From positions 750,556 through 814,555 of the forward strand of contig NMRA01000113.1 of the NCBI GenBank assembly GCA_002633005.1: a stretch of DNA of 64,000 bases, written 5' to 3'. The position numbers and the translations under genes are program-made. The DNA comes from Phoronis australis. Taxonomy: Eukaryota > Animalia > Phoronida. Positions 26,930-38,449 of the stretch are shown piece by piece (the first letter of the stretch is position 1; each line of letters starts with the position of its first letter). The notes under the pieces were generated by a model, which ran no database searches, had not been told where the DNA came from, and was given only the letters and a program-made list of their open reading frames with translations.

Positions 26930-27350
26930 GTAAGTGATCTGTTGAGCAGAACACCTCAGAACTCTGCGTAAAGCGATCTGTTGAGCAGAATGTCTCATGA
27001 CTCTGTGTAATCGATCTGTTGAGCAGAATATCTTAGGTCATTGTGTAATCGATCTGTTGAGCTGAACATCTTAGGTCATTGTGTAAGCGATCTGTTGAGC
27101 AGAATATCTTAGGTCATTGTGTAAGCGATCTGTTGAGTAGAATATCTTGGGTCATTGTGTAAGCGATCTGTTGAGTTGAATGTTTTAGGTCACTGTGTAA
27201 GGTGTAAGTGCTAGGGTGAACAGAATATCTCTGGACTATTTGTAATTGATATGTGCAAGTGGTTTGTTCAATGAAAACATCATGGCTCTACGTAAGTGCT
27301 CTGTTGAACACGTCTCGGGATTCTGTGTAAGTGATCTGGTGAACAGAATG
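26898..27350 (+). repeat. 38-bp minisatellite made of the exon 3' end plus splice donor
   Basis: First unit gatctgttgaatagaacatctaaggactctgt|gtaagt, then ~7 clear copies and several decayed ones. Confidence 0.9.
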
Positions 27351-27565
27351 TTTCGGGGTCAAACTGTTGTTTTTTACTATGAACTGTATGTAGGATACAT
27401 CCCTTTACAAGCACTGTGGGACAGAAGTGTTCATTGCTCATATTAGACTGTTCACAAGTTGAAATTAGCTGTAGAAAAAGTACTACAAAGCCTGTAACAC
27501 TGTGTACACACAATGGTTTTGTTCTCCTTCGACCTTTTGCAATGTTGATAATTGCTGTGTTGCAG

Positions 27566-27639
27566 GAATATTACAGACCTCATTCCCCAGTTTATCCAGA
27601 TCCCAGTGTCCAATGTACCAGTCAATGCTAGTAATCAAT
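27566..27639 (+). CDS. Piezo: Piezo cap exon (NITDLIPQFIQIPVSNVPVNASNQ)
   Basis: ttgcag acceptor, gtaagt donor; resembles PIEZO1 IPNLFPKYIRAP. Confidence 0.87.
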
Positions 27640-27717
27640 GTAAGTAGTCATCTTCTCACTATAATTAGTTGATAATTAACAAATATTGTTTGCTGCAGTG
27701 GTTGTGACAGTCTTGCC

Positions 27718-27810
27718 CTGTGTTTTTCTTACTCAGCCTGTGCTGTTGTGTTTTTCTTACTCAGCCTGTGCTGTTGTGTTTTTCTTACTCAGCCTGTGCT
27801 GTTGTGTTTT
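27718..27810 (+). repeat. 28-bp tandem repeat, ~3 copies, at the splice acceptor
   Basis: tttttcttactcagcctgtgctgttgtg; CAG at 27734, 27762 and 27790. Confidence 0.93.
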
Positions 27811-27813
27811 CAG

Positions 27814-27973
27814 TACGTATTGAGCGTGATCAGTCCATCACGCTGAACCTAAAGCAGCAGCAAGGCTTAGAATGGTGGGAGATCCGTACTGATGAGAGTA
27901 TCCCCTCGTTTGAGTTCACAGCCTTCAGTGATCGTATCGCTCCTGGTGCTCTCGTCTTCTTAGCTGGATATGG
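27814..27973 (+). CDS. Piezo: Piezo last shared exon (...LEWWEI...FSDRIAPGALVFLAGYG), phase-2 donor
   Basis: EWW, FSD and FLAGYG motifs; tttcag acceptor, gtaagt donor. Confidence 0.96.
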
Positions 27974-28115
27974 GTAAGTAGAAACACTAAGTACTATAAT
28001 GACATGGTCATCTTGGCTACACTGTGATAAGTAGACACACTAAGTACTGTAATGACCTGGTCATCTTGGTTACACTGTGGTAAGTAGACACACTAAGTAC
28101 TGTAATGACATGGTC
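27974..28115 (+). repeat. 53-bp tandem repeat, ~2.7 copies, starting at the splice donor
   Basis: taagtagaNacactaagtact at 27975, 28028 and 28081. Confidence 0.92.
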
Positions 28116-28310
28116 TGTAGTTTGTAAACAGAAGGAGCAAAGGTGAAGTTGAATGATAATATGCATGAATTTGGTTACAACAATGTGTTTTGAGCATCAC
28201 CCTGAATACTGCAAGCTCTGGGGTAGAGCCTGGTGCTGGACTATAAATGTGTAAGAGGGTTATGGTAAGTTTCAAATCAAGTGTTTTCTGAACTGGACAC
28301 CAGTGCTCTA

Positions 28311-30230
28311 TCTCCAAAATCTCTTGATGTATGGTCATGTGTTCCTTTCATGGATAGGGCAGCCTGAGTGAAGTTTTGGACAGATCCGACTACCGGTGTG
28401 CCCCCTAGTAGCAATTTCAGTTCATACAAAAAACATTTTCTTCTATCTTCAAAGGTCCTCAATGGATTTTATGAAATTTGCAGATAGGCATCTATTAGTA
28501 ACCCATTTTCCAATGGATTTGAGGTATTTTGCGCCACCTAGTGGCCACTTATACTGTTTTTGGCCTCTGCCCCTCTGTCAACCAAACCACTGTGAGGATG
28601 ATTGTGAAAATTTGCATACATGTTCCTACTGTGAAGAGGATGGTTGACAATGATTTTCTGACAGCTTCGATGACTGTGGTGCCTATAGTGGCAGTTTTTT
28701 GGGCCCGTAGCTCTATCTCCTAAACCCTTTAGAGGATCTTTATTAATTTTAAGAACTGAAATAATATGAAGTTGATGACGGACAGCGACGACTTTTTGAT
28801 GGATCCGACAAACGCTGTGCTCCCTAGTGGCAATTTTATTTTTTTCCATTTTCCTCGGTTTCTCTGAAGTTCCTTGATGGATATTTATGAAGTTTGGTAA
28901 ATAGCTTTCTATTAAAGAAATGATGACATATTCCTGTTTTCTGATGGATTTGACATATTTTGCACCATCTAGTGGCCATTTTTACTGTTTTCTAGTCTTT
29001 TTTGGTGTCCGCCTTGCTAACAACTTTAAGGATGATTTTGAAAATTGGCATTGATATTTTTACTTAGAAGAGGATGGCTGATGATGATTTTGGGAAGACT
29101 CAGACTACTGTGACACCTCCTATTGGCAGTTTTTGCGTCTATGGCTATATCTCTCAAACTCTCTACAGCATTTTTTCAAATTTTGCAATGGACTACTGCT
29201 GTGCTCCCCTAGTGGCAGTTTTATTTTTTTGTTTTCCTCTCTATATTTGAAACTCCTTGGTAGATTTTTATGAAATTTAATGAATAAATTTGTATTAAAG
29301 AGTCGACAGGTTCCTGTTTTTGTATAGATTCGACCTTTAGTAGCTGTTTTTATCATCATGAAATTTTTCAAATAGGTTTCTATATGCTTGAAGGATCATT
29401 ATTAAAATTTGGAGATGCGATGAGAAGACTGAGGCTGACGTAGATTTTTGGATGTGTTCAACTACTCTGCTCCCTCCCCCCAGTGGCAGTTATATTTTTG
29501 CGTCCACTGCTGTATCTCCATTACCGTTTGCAACATCTTTTAGAACTTAACAAGCAGATGTGTTCCTTTGGAAATGGCCAATTTCAAACCAATCCAAGTA
29601 CAGCGGTGCTCCCTAGGGGCAATTTTATTTTTTACGTTTGCCTGTGTTCTTTGATGCTTTTTCATGAAATTGGGCGAATAAATTTATGAAGACGACAGTA
29701 TCTTTCCTTTTTTTTGATGGATTGGATGTATTCTGCACCAACTAGTGGCCATTTTAATTATTTTTAGTCTTTGTTGTCTGCCAAGCTTCGCAGAGGATCA
29801 TTATGAAAGTTGGCAGATATGTTCCTACTGACAAGAGCATGTCTGACATGGATTTTCAAACAGGTCCAACTACTGTGGTGCCCCCTAGTGACATTTTTTC
29901 GCATCTACTGCTGTATCTTCTGAACCCCTTGCAACACGTTTTTGAAATTTTGTAATTATATTCCTATTTCCTTTTCAGCAGATAGATGGATTCGACTACT
30001 GTTGTGACTCCTAATGGCAGTTTTTTTACGTTAGCCTTTGTATCTTTGGGAGTGCTTTGATGGATTTTCATAAAATTTGGCAAATAATTTTGAGAGACAA
30101 TGACACCTTCCCATTTTGATGGGTTCATGAACCATCTAAGGCCATTTGTATTATTCAAGTAAACACCCCTAGAAGTACAGTGTTTGCGGTGCATTCATGG
30201 GCGCATTTCAACACTCTGCATTGCTCTTAT
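28311..30230 (+). mobile_element. Long HINE/DINE-1-like copy with internal sub-repeat array
   Basis: Repeated ctagtggc/ccctag blocks; 3' end aaacacccctagaag...gggcgcatttcaa...ttgctcttat matches other copies. Confidence 0.7.
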
Positions 30231-31658
30231 TTACAATACAGTTTTGTTTTTGATCATACACAGATATGAACTGAGAAATTGCCTGTCCATCAGCACGCTC
30301 GCATTCCTCAAAATTCACAAATTTTTCCAAGACTGTCCGCCAGTCCCTCTGTCCCCAGCTTAATATCAAAATACGCAATAAGTCTTGCCAGTCCGTCGTC
30401 GCTCTTAAGCTCATCTAAATAGACTTCATCAACCACCTGTTCGCAAATACCACATGCACCCTCTGCCAAAGTCAACGTCACAGCTATACCACATTACTGT
30501 TTGCCAAGTCTCGTGACCTCATTCCACGCTAGCAGTTCTTGTTTTAATGCTCATAGCACTTACTTGAATGGTAGTCTAGAATATTTATTCTCATTGACAT
30601 TGTTGAAATAACACCTGCTAGATCTACAGCCGTTGTAATTGCTCCACTACCAATTGTTAACACTCAGTTTGCAAACAAAGGTGGCTGTCATACAAACATA
30701 AATTTGTTATTAACGCACAATTAACGATCAAACATGGCTGCACGCTCGACTCTATTCCGCGTAGCGGTCTATACAAAAACTAACAAGCCAAGTATCTTAT
30801 TCATCAGGTTGTGTTGTTTCTTTCTTTGTTCACACGTTACAGGTCACATTTCTTCAACATAAAGTTCACAGACAACATGTGTCTCGGCAATAGTTCGAGG
30901 TCTGGGGTTTTTGCTGGAAATTTGCCCCAAGGTAGCAGTGTAGTAGCAATTTTTTTATTTTTATTGTGCATGGCAGAGCTATACAGCTCTTATGTTTGAG
31001 GAAGGATTTTTGTGAAATAAGGTATGTGTATAAATCTCAAGCTCAGCATGTGTTTTGTCTTTCATTGTATTGGTACCACTTACCGTTCTCGAGTTATTTA
31101 AAATTTTCTATCCCTGCTGTTAAATTTATTAATTTGTATCATATCTCTGGCGTCCCATGACTGGATCTTTCTGAAATTTGTTATGTGTATAGATCTTGTG
31201 AACCACCATGTGAATTATGCCATCTGTTTTTCACTCCAAGTTATCGTTCTTGAGAGATTCAAAATTCAGTGGTCATATGATAATAAGAATCGCTTGCTCG
31301 ATCATCATTATTCTGTAGATAAACCTCATGACCTGTCTGTATTATTTCACCGCTTTCTTGCTATGACTTAGTGTTCTCAAGATTTCCGGATTGTTCTTTT
31401 ATTGACTGATTCCAGCAATTCGCCTTTGTTGGTTTGACATCAAGTGTGTGTACGCACCTCAAGTAGCAGGGGCTTCATTGATTGCTTTTTAGGACAGATT
31501 TGCTTATGTATACATGATTTTGAGTCAACATTTATGGTGTATGTGGATTACACTAACTTATCTTCTAGTACATCTTTTTTCAAAAATACGTGGTAGCAGA
31601 ACTAGAATCAGCTGACCTTTGCTTGACCTGCACACTCAGTTGTAATACCTTCTTTCAG

Positions 31659-31923
31659 CATCGTTGGTCTTTACGTATCATTAATTCTTGTCGCCAGTCG
31701 CATGTTGCGAGTTCACTTCAAGGGCATACTTCACTCCATCATGTTCAAAGAGCTTCCTGTTCCTGATCGTGTGTACAGTCTGTGCCGCGACATTCAGCTG
31801 GCAGGAGAGTTGCGGGAGCACCACTTGGAGGAGCAGCTGTTTGCCCAGCTCTTGTACATCTATAGGTCACCTGATACTTTGATATACATATCCAGAGAGA
31901 GACCGGAGTTGAGGACAAGTTAA
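31659..31923 (+). CDS. Piezo: Piezo alternative terminal exon A: divergent inner helix + CTD (IVGLYVSLILVASRMLR...MFKELP...YRSPDTLIYISRERPELRTS*)
   Basis: ccttctttcag acceptor in phase 2; 87 sense codons with no stops or indels relative to exon B. Confidence 0.88.
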
Positions 31924-33294
31924 ACAGTAGGCATACAGCCACAGTAGCACGTTGGCTAGCATGACATTTAGTTTGGAGGAATTTTGAAGCTTCCTTTCTG
32001 TTTCAGATAGCGTGCTTGGCCAAACTGATGATTTGGTTGAATTCTTTTGCAGATCATGCAATAGCCTGTTGTGTTTGTGCTGTCTTTGTTTGATATGATA
32101 TAGTTAAACCAATTTAATCCCATGCTTCACTTCCTGAACTCAACAAATGGCTCTTGGTCGGTAGTCTCAAGTGCCACTAGTTTGAAGGCCATTAGTCTGA
32201 CCACAAATTTAAAGTGTCTAGTGTAAAGCATTACAACTAACTCCTGTTTGTATTCCAACAGTCAGGCCAGATGTCAATATTTCTTTTGTTAATTACCTGG
32301 TTCAGTCTTTTGTCCAATGTCATGATGTATATGGCAATTATTTACCACCTGAATGATTGTATACATTAATGTAAGCATACAATTGAAGCCTAGATCAACT
32401 TTGGAGTTATAAAAGGCTTATAGTAACCTGGATCTCTGTAAAAATTAGTACTTTGCTAAATAATGTAACAGGTTTTGAAAAATATGGTTTCATAGGTTGT
32501 CAGTTAGTACTAATTATATTCTTGTTGAGCTGTAACCATAGGTGTTGAAGGTGGCCAGTTACCTTAATAGAGCTAAAATGAGACAATCTGTGAAAACCAA
32601 GAAGGGAATTCTACCTCTGCTCACTTCTAAGGTGGGAGTTATGAGCTGAGTTGCCATGGGAGCAGACATTAATTGTCAAAGTTTACCTTCTACTGAACAT
32701 GGCTATTTAGTGACATTCAACTACATTCCTTTCAGTTTCTCATGATAGTTTTGTATACACATTGATTATTCGACTTGATGTTCATTCTTTGACAAAGTCA
32801 GTCACACTACTCAGTTTAATTATTTAGACTTGTCTGTGGATAAGTGTAATGTCCCATAGTTTATGCCTCAAGTTTTGCGTTTTACATAGATTTGCTTCTA
32901 TTGTTTTGAAGATTTAATAGGGTTCCGAATCCAACATTTTTGTGACGAATTTCAACAATCTTATTACCTTAAGTTCATTTGCAAGTGTGTGTAATTGTGC
33001 AATGGAAAATTTCATTTGTTGTATAAATTAAGCATACCGACTGTATTTTCATTGTATGTCATGGCAATGAATTGTACCCGTTGTCAGGGTGCTACTGGAG
33101 AGATTATTAATATTTGTGGATTTATGCTCCAGTGCTAATGTAACAGATGATATTAATCTTTTTCAGTCTTGGGGTTCTGGAATTGCAATCTTATGGCTTC
33201 ACCATTTTTGTGCAGATTTTTAAAAGCTTTATAACAGAGGCTGTTATTCACTCAAAGCCATTGGTTTAATGTGTTGTCCTTAACTACATTTCAG

Positions 33295-33553
33295 AATCAT
33301 TGGCTTGTATGTGTCGCTGGTATTTGTCGTGGGCCGATTCGTGCGGACCATCACTATGGGCCAACATGCTTACGTCATGTTTGAAGAGCTGCCATGTGTT
33401 GATCGTATCTTCAGTTTGTGTCGGAAAATCTACTTTGTGCGTGAAAACCGCGAGTTCCAGCTGGAGGAAGACTTGTACGCCAAGTTAGTCTACTTGTATA
33501 GGTCGCCACAGATGTTGATCAAGTGGACTTGTGCTAAGGAGAAACAAGAGTGA
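33295..33553 (+). CDS. Piezo: Piezo alternative terminal exon B: canonical-like inner helix + CTD (IIGLYVSLVFVVGRFVR...MFEELPCVDRI...YRSPQMLIKWT...*)
   Basis: catttcag acceptor in phase 2; 85 sense codons closely matching the PIEZO1 C-terminus. Confidence 0.95.
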
Positions 33554-35197
33554 ATAGCTGCCTGAATGTAAAATATTATGTGTCTGTAAGAAATTTACAG
33601 TGGCAGTGATGCTAGTTCATCTACCACATTGTTTGAAGCTTACATTTGAGCCCAGGGTTTGAATATGTGCAGGTGTAGCTTCATTTGTTGGTGTGTTACT
33701 GGGAACAGTTCAGTGAGGATTTACTCTTTTATATTGTGGCATTGACAAATTAACATTTGGGGATAAGCTTGTTCCATATTTATATATGAATTGTATTACT
33801 GAATCAGTTGCTTAACAATTGACTACTAACTATAAATGAATGTGGGTACTTATACCTTAGGTAATATTGAGACATTTGGTCAATAATTGATCACTAACAA
33901 GTAATAGGGGTAGTTAATTGTTCAAGTAATGGGTACACCAAGTGGTGGCTGATTACGAAAGGGTTCATTTTGTAATCCTTGGCATTAAATGTGGAATTCA
34001 TTGCTCTACTAGCAGCGCTTCATTTAAATTTTAGGAATTGTCATGGTCATTCAGTAAACAATTACTGGTGTTATTTTGAGTTGTATTCAACAAAATCATT
34101 ACTGAGATATTTCAATGCATGCTAGTTGTCTGTGAAGCAAACTAGAAAGTGTTTTTGATATTCTCCTGAAGATTTTATTGCATATTTATTTAATAATTCT
34201 GTCCTCTGATTGTCAAAATAACTTCCGTTATGAAGTGATGTCGATTGGCCAACCGTGGAATATCACTTTTCATTCATGCCGCTCTGATGTCAGAGGTCAC
34301 CATTGGTGACCTGACCAATTACAGTTGTACATTCCTTGTTATTAGCTTTTATTTTACAACAATCATGGAGTAGTAAAGGTAGAATAACCGAGATATGCTT
34401 TGAGGTGATAACAAGCCTTTCATCAAAGATATAGTATACATCTTTGCTTTCTTACCAGTCATACTGTTTAATCAACATTTTCCACTAACACCGAGTGCTA
34501 CCAGCTGATGTCAGTTGCTAGGCTGAAGTGCATGTTACTTGTGAATATCATTTTGCTATATCACGTTTTCATGTCTCCGTGGGACTGGTGCAGTAATTTC
34601 TGTAAACCTGCTACTTTTTCTGTTATCAATTTTGTTTTGAAGTATACTGCACAGATTACTGAGAATAGAACAAGTATCATATGGTGGCCATTCTTGTTTA
34701 TATTTTTGGTCTTGACACAAAAATTACCTGGAGCCACTTCAGGTCTCCAGTCAATACAAACATTACCTCGGGTCAATGTGAAAAACAGCTGTGCCATGTT
34801 GAGAGGAACACGTTTCATGTCTCTAGATATGTTGAATAAAATATCACGTAATCCCGAGACAGGTGGTACGAGTGATTCGTACATATTGAAATACACCCTT
34901 AGTCTTTTTAATGAACAACTTGAGTTTCGTTTCTGCCATTGGATGACCAACAAATTGAGCAATGTCATTTTTGGGTTATTGGGGAGTTAATTGGTTTTTA
35001 TGTAGTCTTTGCCATTGCAGAGTACCAGTGTTCTTTTTTTGCCTGGATATTGTCATGGTTACCACATCTGTGTGACCAGGAATGCCTGTGTTCTACTCTA
35101 CTGTTTTTGTCCAGTTACTCTCTTTAATTCTAGTACCCAGTGTTCATACATTGGCAAGACCTAACAAACCTGATTTATAGTATTGGACCTCCTTCAC

Positions 35198-35330
35198 TCA
35201 ATAGGAATATCGATCTGCGCCTCGATTTGGTGTTAGATGTCTTTTCCAGCAGCTTCGAGTATGGCTGTGAAGCCCAATGCGGGAAAGGCAGACCTTTCCG
35301 CAGTCACTACAATTGTTTACTTCCGAAGCC
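35198..35330 (-). mobile_element. RTE/BovB-like LINE 3' fragment (repeated at ~35515-35647 across the N join)
   Basis: CSDCGKVCLSRIGLHSHTRSC is the typical RTE ORF2 C-terminal zinc-finger motif. Confidence 0.75.
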
Positions 35331-38300
35331 TTTCCTGGGAACAAGTGAACCACAAGGCAGTAGTTATTTTCTGTAGGGGTTGCCTCCCTTAGCTTTCGCC
35401 CAAACGGAACTGACGCCCAAGGCACNTCCAGTTACTCTCTTTAATTCTAGTACCCAGTGTTCATACATTGGCAAGACCTAACAAACCTGATTTATAGTAT
35501 TGGACCTCCTTCACTCAATAGGAATATCGACCTGCGCCTCGATTTGGTGTTAGATGTCTTTTCCAGCAGCTTCGAGTATTGCTGTGAAGCCCAATGCGGG
35601 AAAGGCAGACCTTTCCGCAGTCACTACAATTGTTTACTTCCGAAGCCTTTCCTGGGAACAAGTGAACCACAAGGCAGTAGTTATTTTCTGTAGGGGTTGC
35701 CTCCCTTAGCTTTCGCCCAAACGGAACTGACGCCCAAGGCACCCTCATGAACAGTGCCATTTTTATGGCATGAGACCAGAGTCGAGAGAAAGCCAGTATC
35801 ACTGATGGAAAAGTAGAGTAGAATATTTATTGTCAACACAGTTCACTCTACATATACAACATCACCAATAAGCAATGAAAAAGATAATTAAAATGTGTTC
35901 AAGAGTGCAATCAACATTTCAGTACCTGGCATACACAAGGACATTTTGCTGCAAATGAAGTTTTTCTCATTTAAGGAACATTCTGAATTATGGCACAAGC
36001 TGGTAATCATACTATGACAATGGTACTCGCTTACTGCTGGTTGAACTCTAGTTTGTAACAGAAGCTAAGTTTCTGATAAAATTAGCAGCTCTGGTTATTA
36101 ATCTGTTAAGTTTTATTTACCAACAACATTGCGCAGTTTTTCTTTCCCATACGTAAAGTTCAAAAACAATAATTTGATACTTAGCAGATTTCATGTTCAG
36201 GATTTTACAGCTCATATACACATTATGAAAGACCTTCATAAAAGAGACTGCTCCCTCATGAGGTATTACTAACTGGCTTTAACAAGTTTCTACAAATGCA
36301 ACTGCATTTAGTTCTACATCTTGCTGTTAACAGCAGCCATCTCAGGGACTGGAAAAACGGCTGTTGTACTCAAGAACAGGTCGTAAGCCCTGTAAGTTCT
36401 CATTCCAGGATGTACAAAATATGGCTCAGCCACCGAAGAATGCCAGATTCTTAAAGCTCTGCTTAAGCATTCAAAAACGCGGCAATAGTGTGATAGAACG
36501 TGCCCGTATTTTGAGAACCAGTTTCACGCCCGTTATTCAGTGGAGAAAACTGGTTCTCAAAATTTGGGAGCATTATATCAGATCATTACCAATTTATAAA
36601 ATCTAAACGTCCAACTAACAATTGGAGAACAAAGTCTTACATTTAAAGCTACATGCAACGCCATCTTTTAAAACCATTTTGGTCCATGTTGTGGGTTGGA
36701 ATCATAGAGTTCACTGATTGCTTGTACCACTTAACTAAATTATCTCAAACTCGATTCATTTGCAGAGATCCATACCTTTAACATGATCTGGTTAACACTG
36801 TATGGGCCTTTATGACCTGCCATATCCAAGTGGATTACTCCCTTTTGTTGTCTGCGGTACAAACAGTATCACAGTGTACCACTCCATATCATTGTCATAT
36901 AATCTCCAAGTGTATCACTCCATATTATAATGTGAAAGTAATTTCCAAAGTATAATTTCATATTATTGTTAACATGTAATATTCAAGTATATTACTCCCT
37001 CTTACTGTCTGCAAACTGTCTCGCTAAAGAGAAAGACTTGCATGCCAATGCAAAAAAGATAGATAAAATCCCAAGAGTTCCCATATGACAAACACTATAA
37101 AACTGAAGTATTTGTATATACCATCAGATGGCACCACAAGTTCCATTCAATGTTGGTTGCATGATGGCACTAACATCAGATCAGTTTGTGCATTAATGTA
37201 AATCCAGCATTCCCTAAACTTTCTTCAATAGATGAATTAAGTCTTGGTGAAACCATTTAGGTTTTTACATGAAGCCAAAATGTCATCAAAGCTAAACTTC
37301 TTAGTTTAAACGTATAAAGGTATATTATAGCAATGCATGAGACAGTCACAGAACAGGAATAACACGTACATAACCAGTTATTACTGGGCCTGAGCACAAT
37401 GGTAACATCAGTGGTGAACAAGTGTCGATCCAACCTCGTAAAGTAACATACTAACTACTGAACAGTGGCTTGTCATACATACACTGACCAGTTACTGGGA
37501 TGAATTCAATGACAAGAACACAAAAATGAAAACGTGTGCTTATATCACAAATTAAGCACATCTGACCTAAATGCAGAATGTTTGAACAAAACCAAGGAGG
37601 ATGTTTTAATGCAGCACATGAATAAAGTCTGGCATTAACACGTGTCCAACTAAATAAAGAATTCAAAAGCACTAACAATGGATTTGAGACAACACATAAT
37701 GAAGACATTGATTGGGATTCTAGGCGCGCCGGGTGTTAATATGCACATAATTGGCAAGTTAACTGGTGCAAGAGAGGCAAGCCAATAGGTTAAAATGGGG
37801 ATAAGCACAGTGTTATTGGTTACATTCTTCTATCCCATCACCAAGCAGCAAAAAAGGAAAAAAGTTAAGAAATTTTCAGACTATGGTTAAAGGTACAATT
37901 TAGCAATTGATGGATTGCCACATGGATTTCATAGAAAAGTATTGGTTACTGGCTTCTTAAGGTTATCTTATCTGTAAGGCAATGGACAAGTTAACACCTA
38001 CAACATTACCGGAGAGATGATTGTTATGCAGCATAAACATTGTGATGCAGGCCACAACCAGTAGTTATATGAAACCCAACTGCGACAAGTGTAACCCAAC
38101 TGCAACATGTAGCCTGACCGCAACTTGTGTAGCCTGACATTAGCACCCAACCGATGAGGTAGATGAGCCACATTCAACGTGTCAAACATGGACTTCAGAA
38201 TGGTCCTCCTCAACATACAGTTAACACTTGAGAATAAATAAAGCAGATAGTCTATAGAAGTTGATGTGTACAGCACAAGTTCAGTCATTGACACAAACGT

Positions 38301-38449
38301 AACTCTCAAGAAGCAGTTGTCATCTGGTTTAACCAGAAACTGTCCGACGCCTGTAAAATCCTTCAGCACATTCAATTTACACTCAACCATCACACAAGGA
38401 ATAAGCTTCAACATAAATAGTGTCCGCCTCTATGGTGATTGCACAGCTG

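Larger units (their letters stand above)
2049..33553 (+). other. Piezo: Piezo mechanosensitive ion channel gene, 3' portion (5' exons lie upstream of the window)
   Basis: Hand-spliced exons give a continuous frame collinear with the PIEZO1/2 C-terminal half, including PFLLELRALMDWMWTDTTL, KYGFGG, FLAGYG-IxGLYVS and YRSP. Confidence 0.97.

Noticed and set aside
31659-33553. Exons A and B as an assembly artefact or a second full Piezo gene
   Set aside because: No N nearby, ~54% protein divergence, unrelated flanks, and no other Piezo exons between them.
34508-34990. Overlapping 160-aa and 135-aa ORFs after Piezo
   Set aside because: No recognisable motifs or convincing splice context; probably UTR or intergenic.
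35110-35742. 316-bp tandem duplication
   Set aside because: Copies abut a single N (35426) and differ at two bases; most likely an unmerged haplotype overlap.
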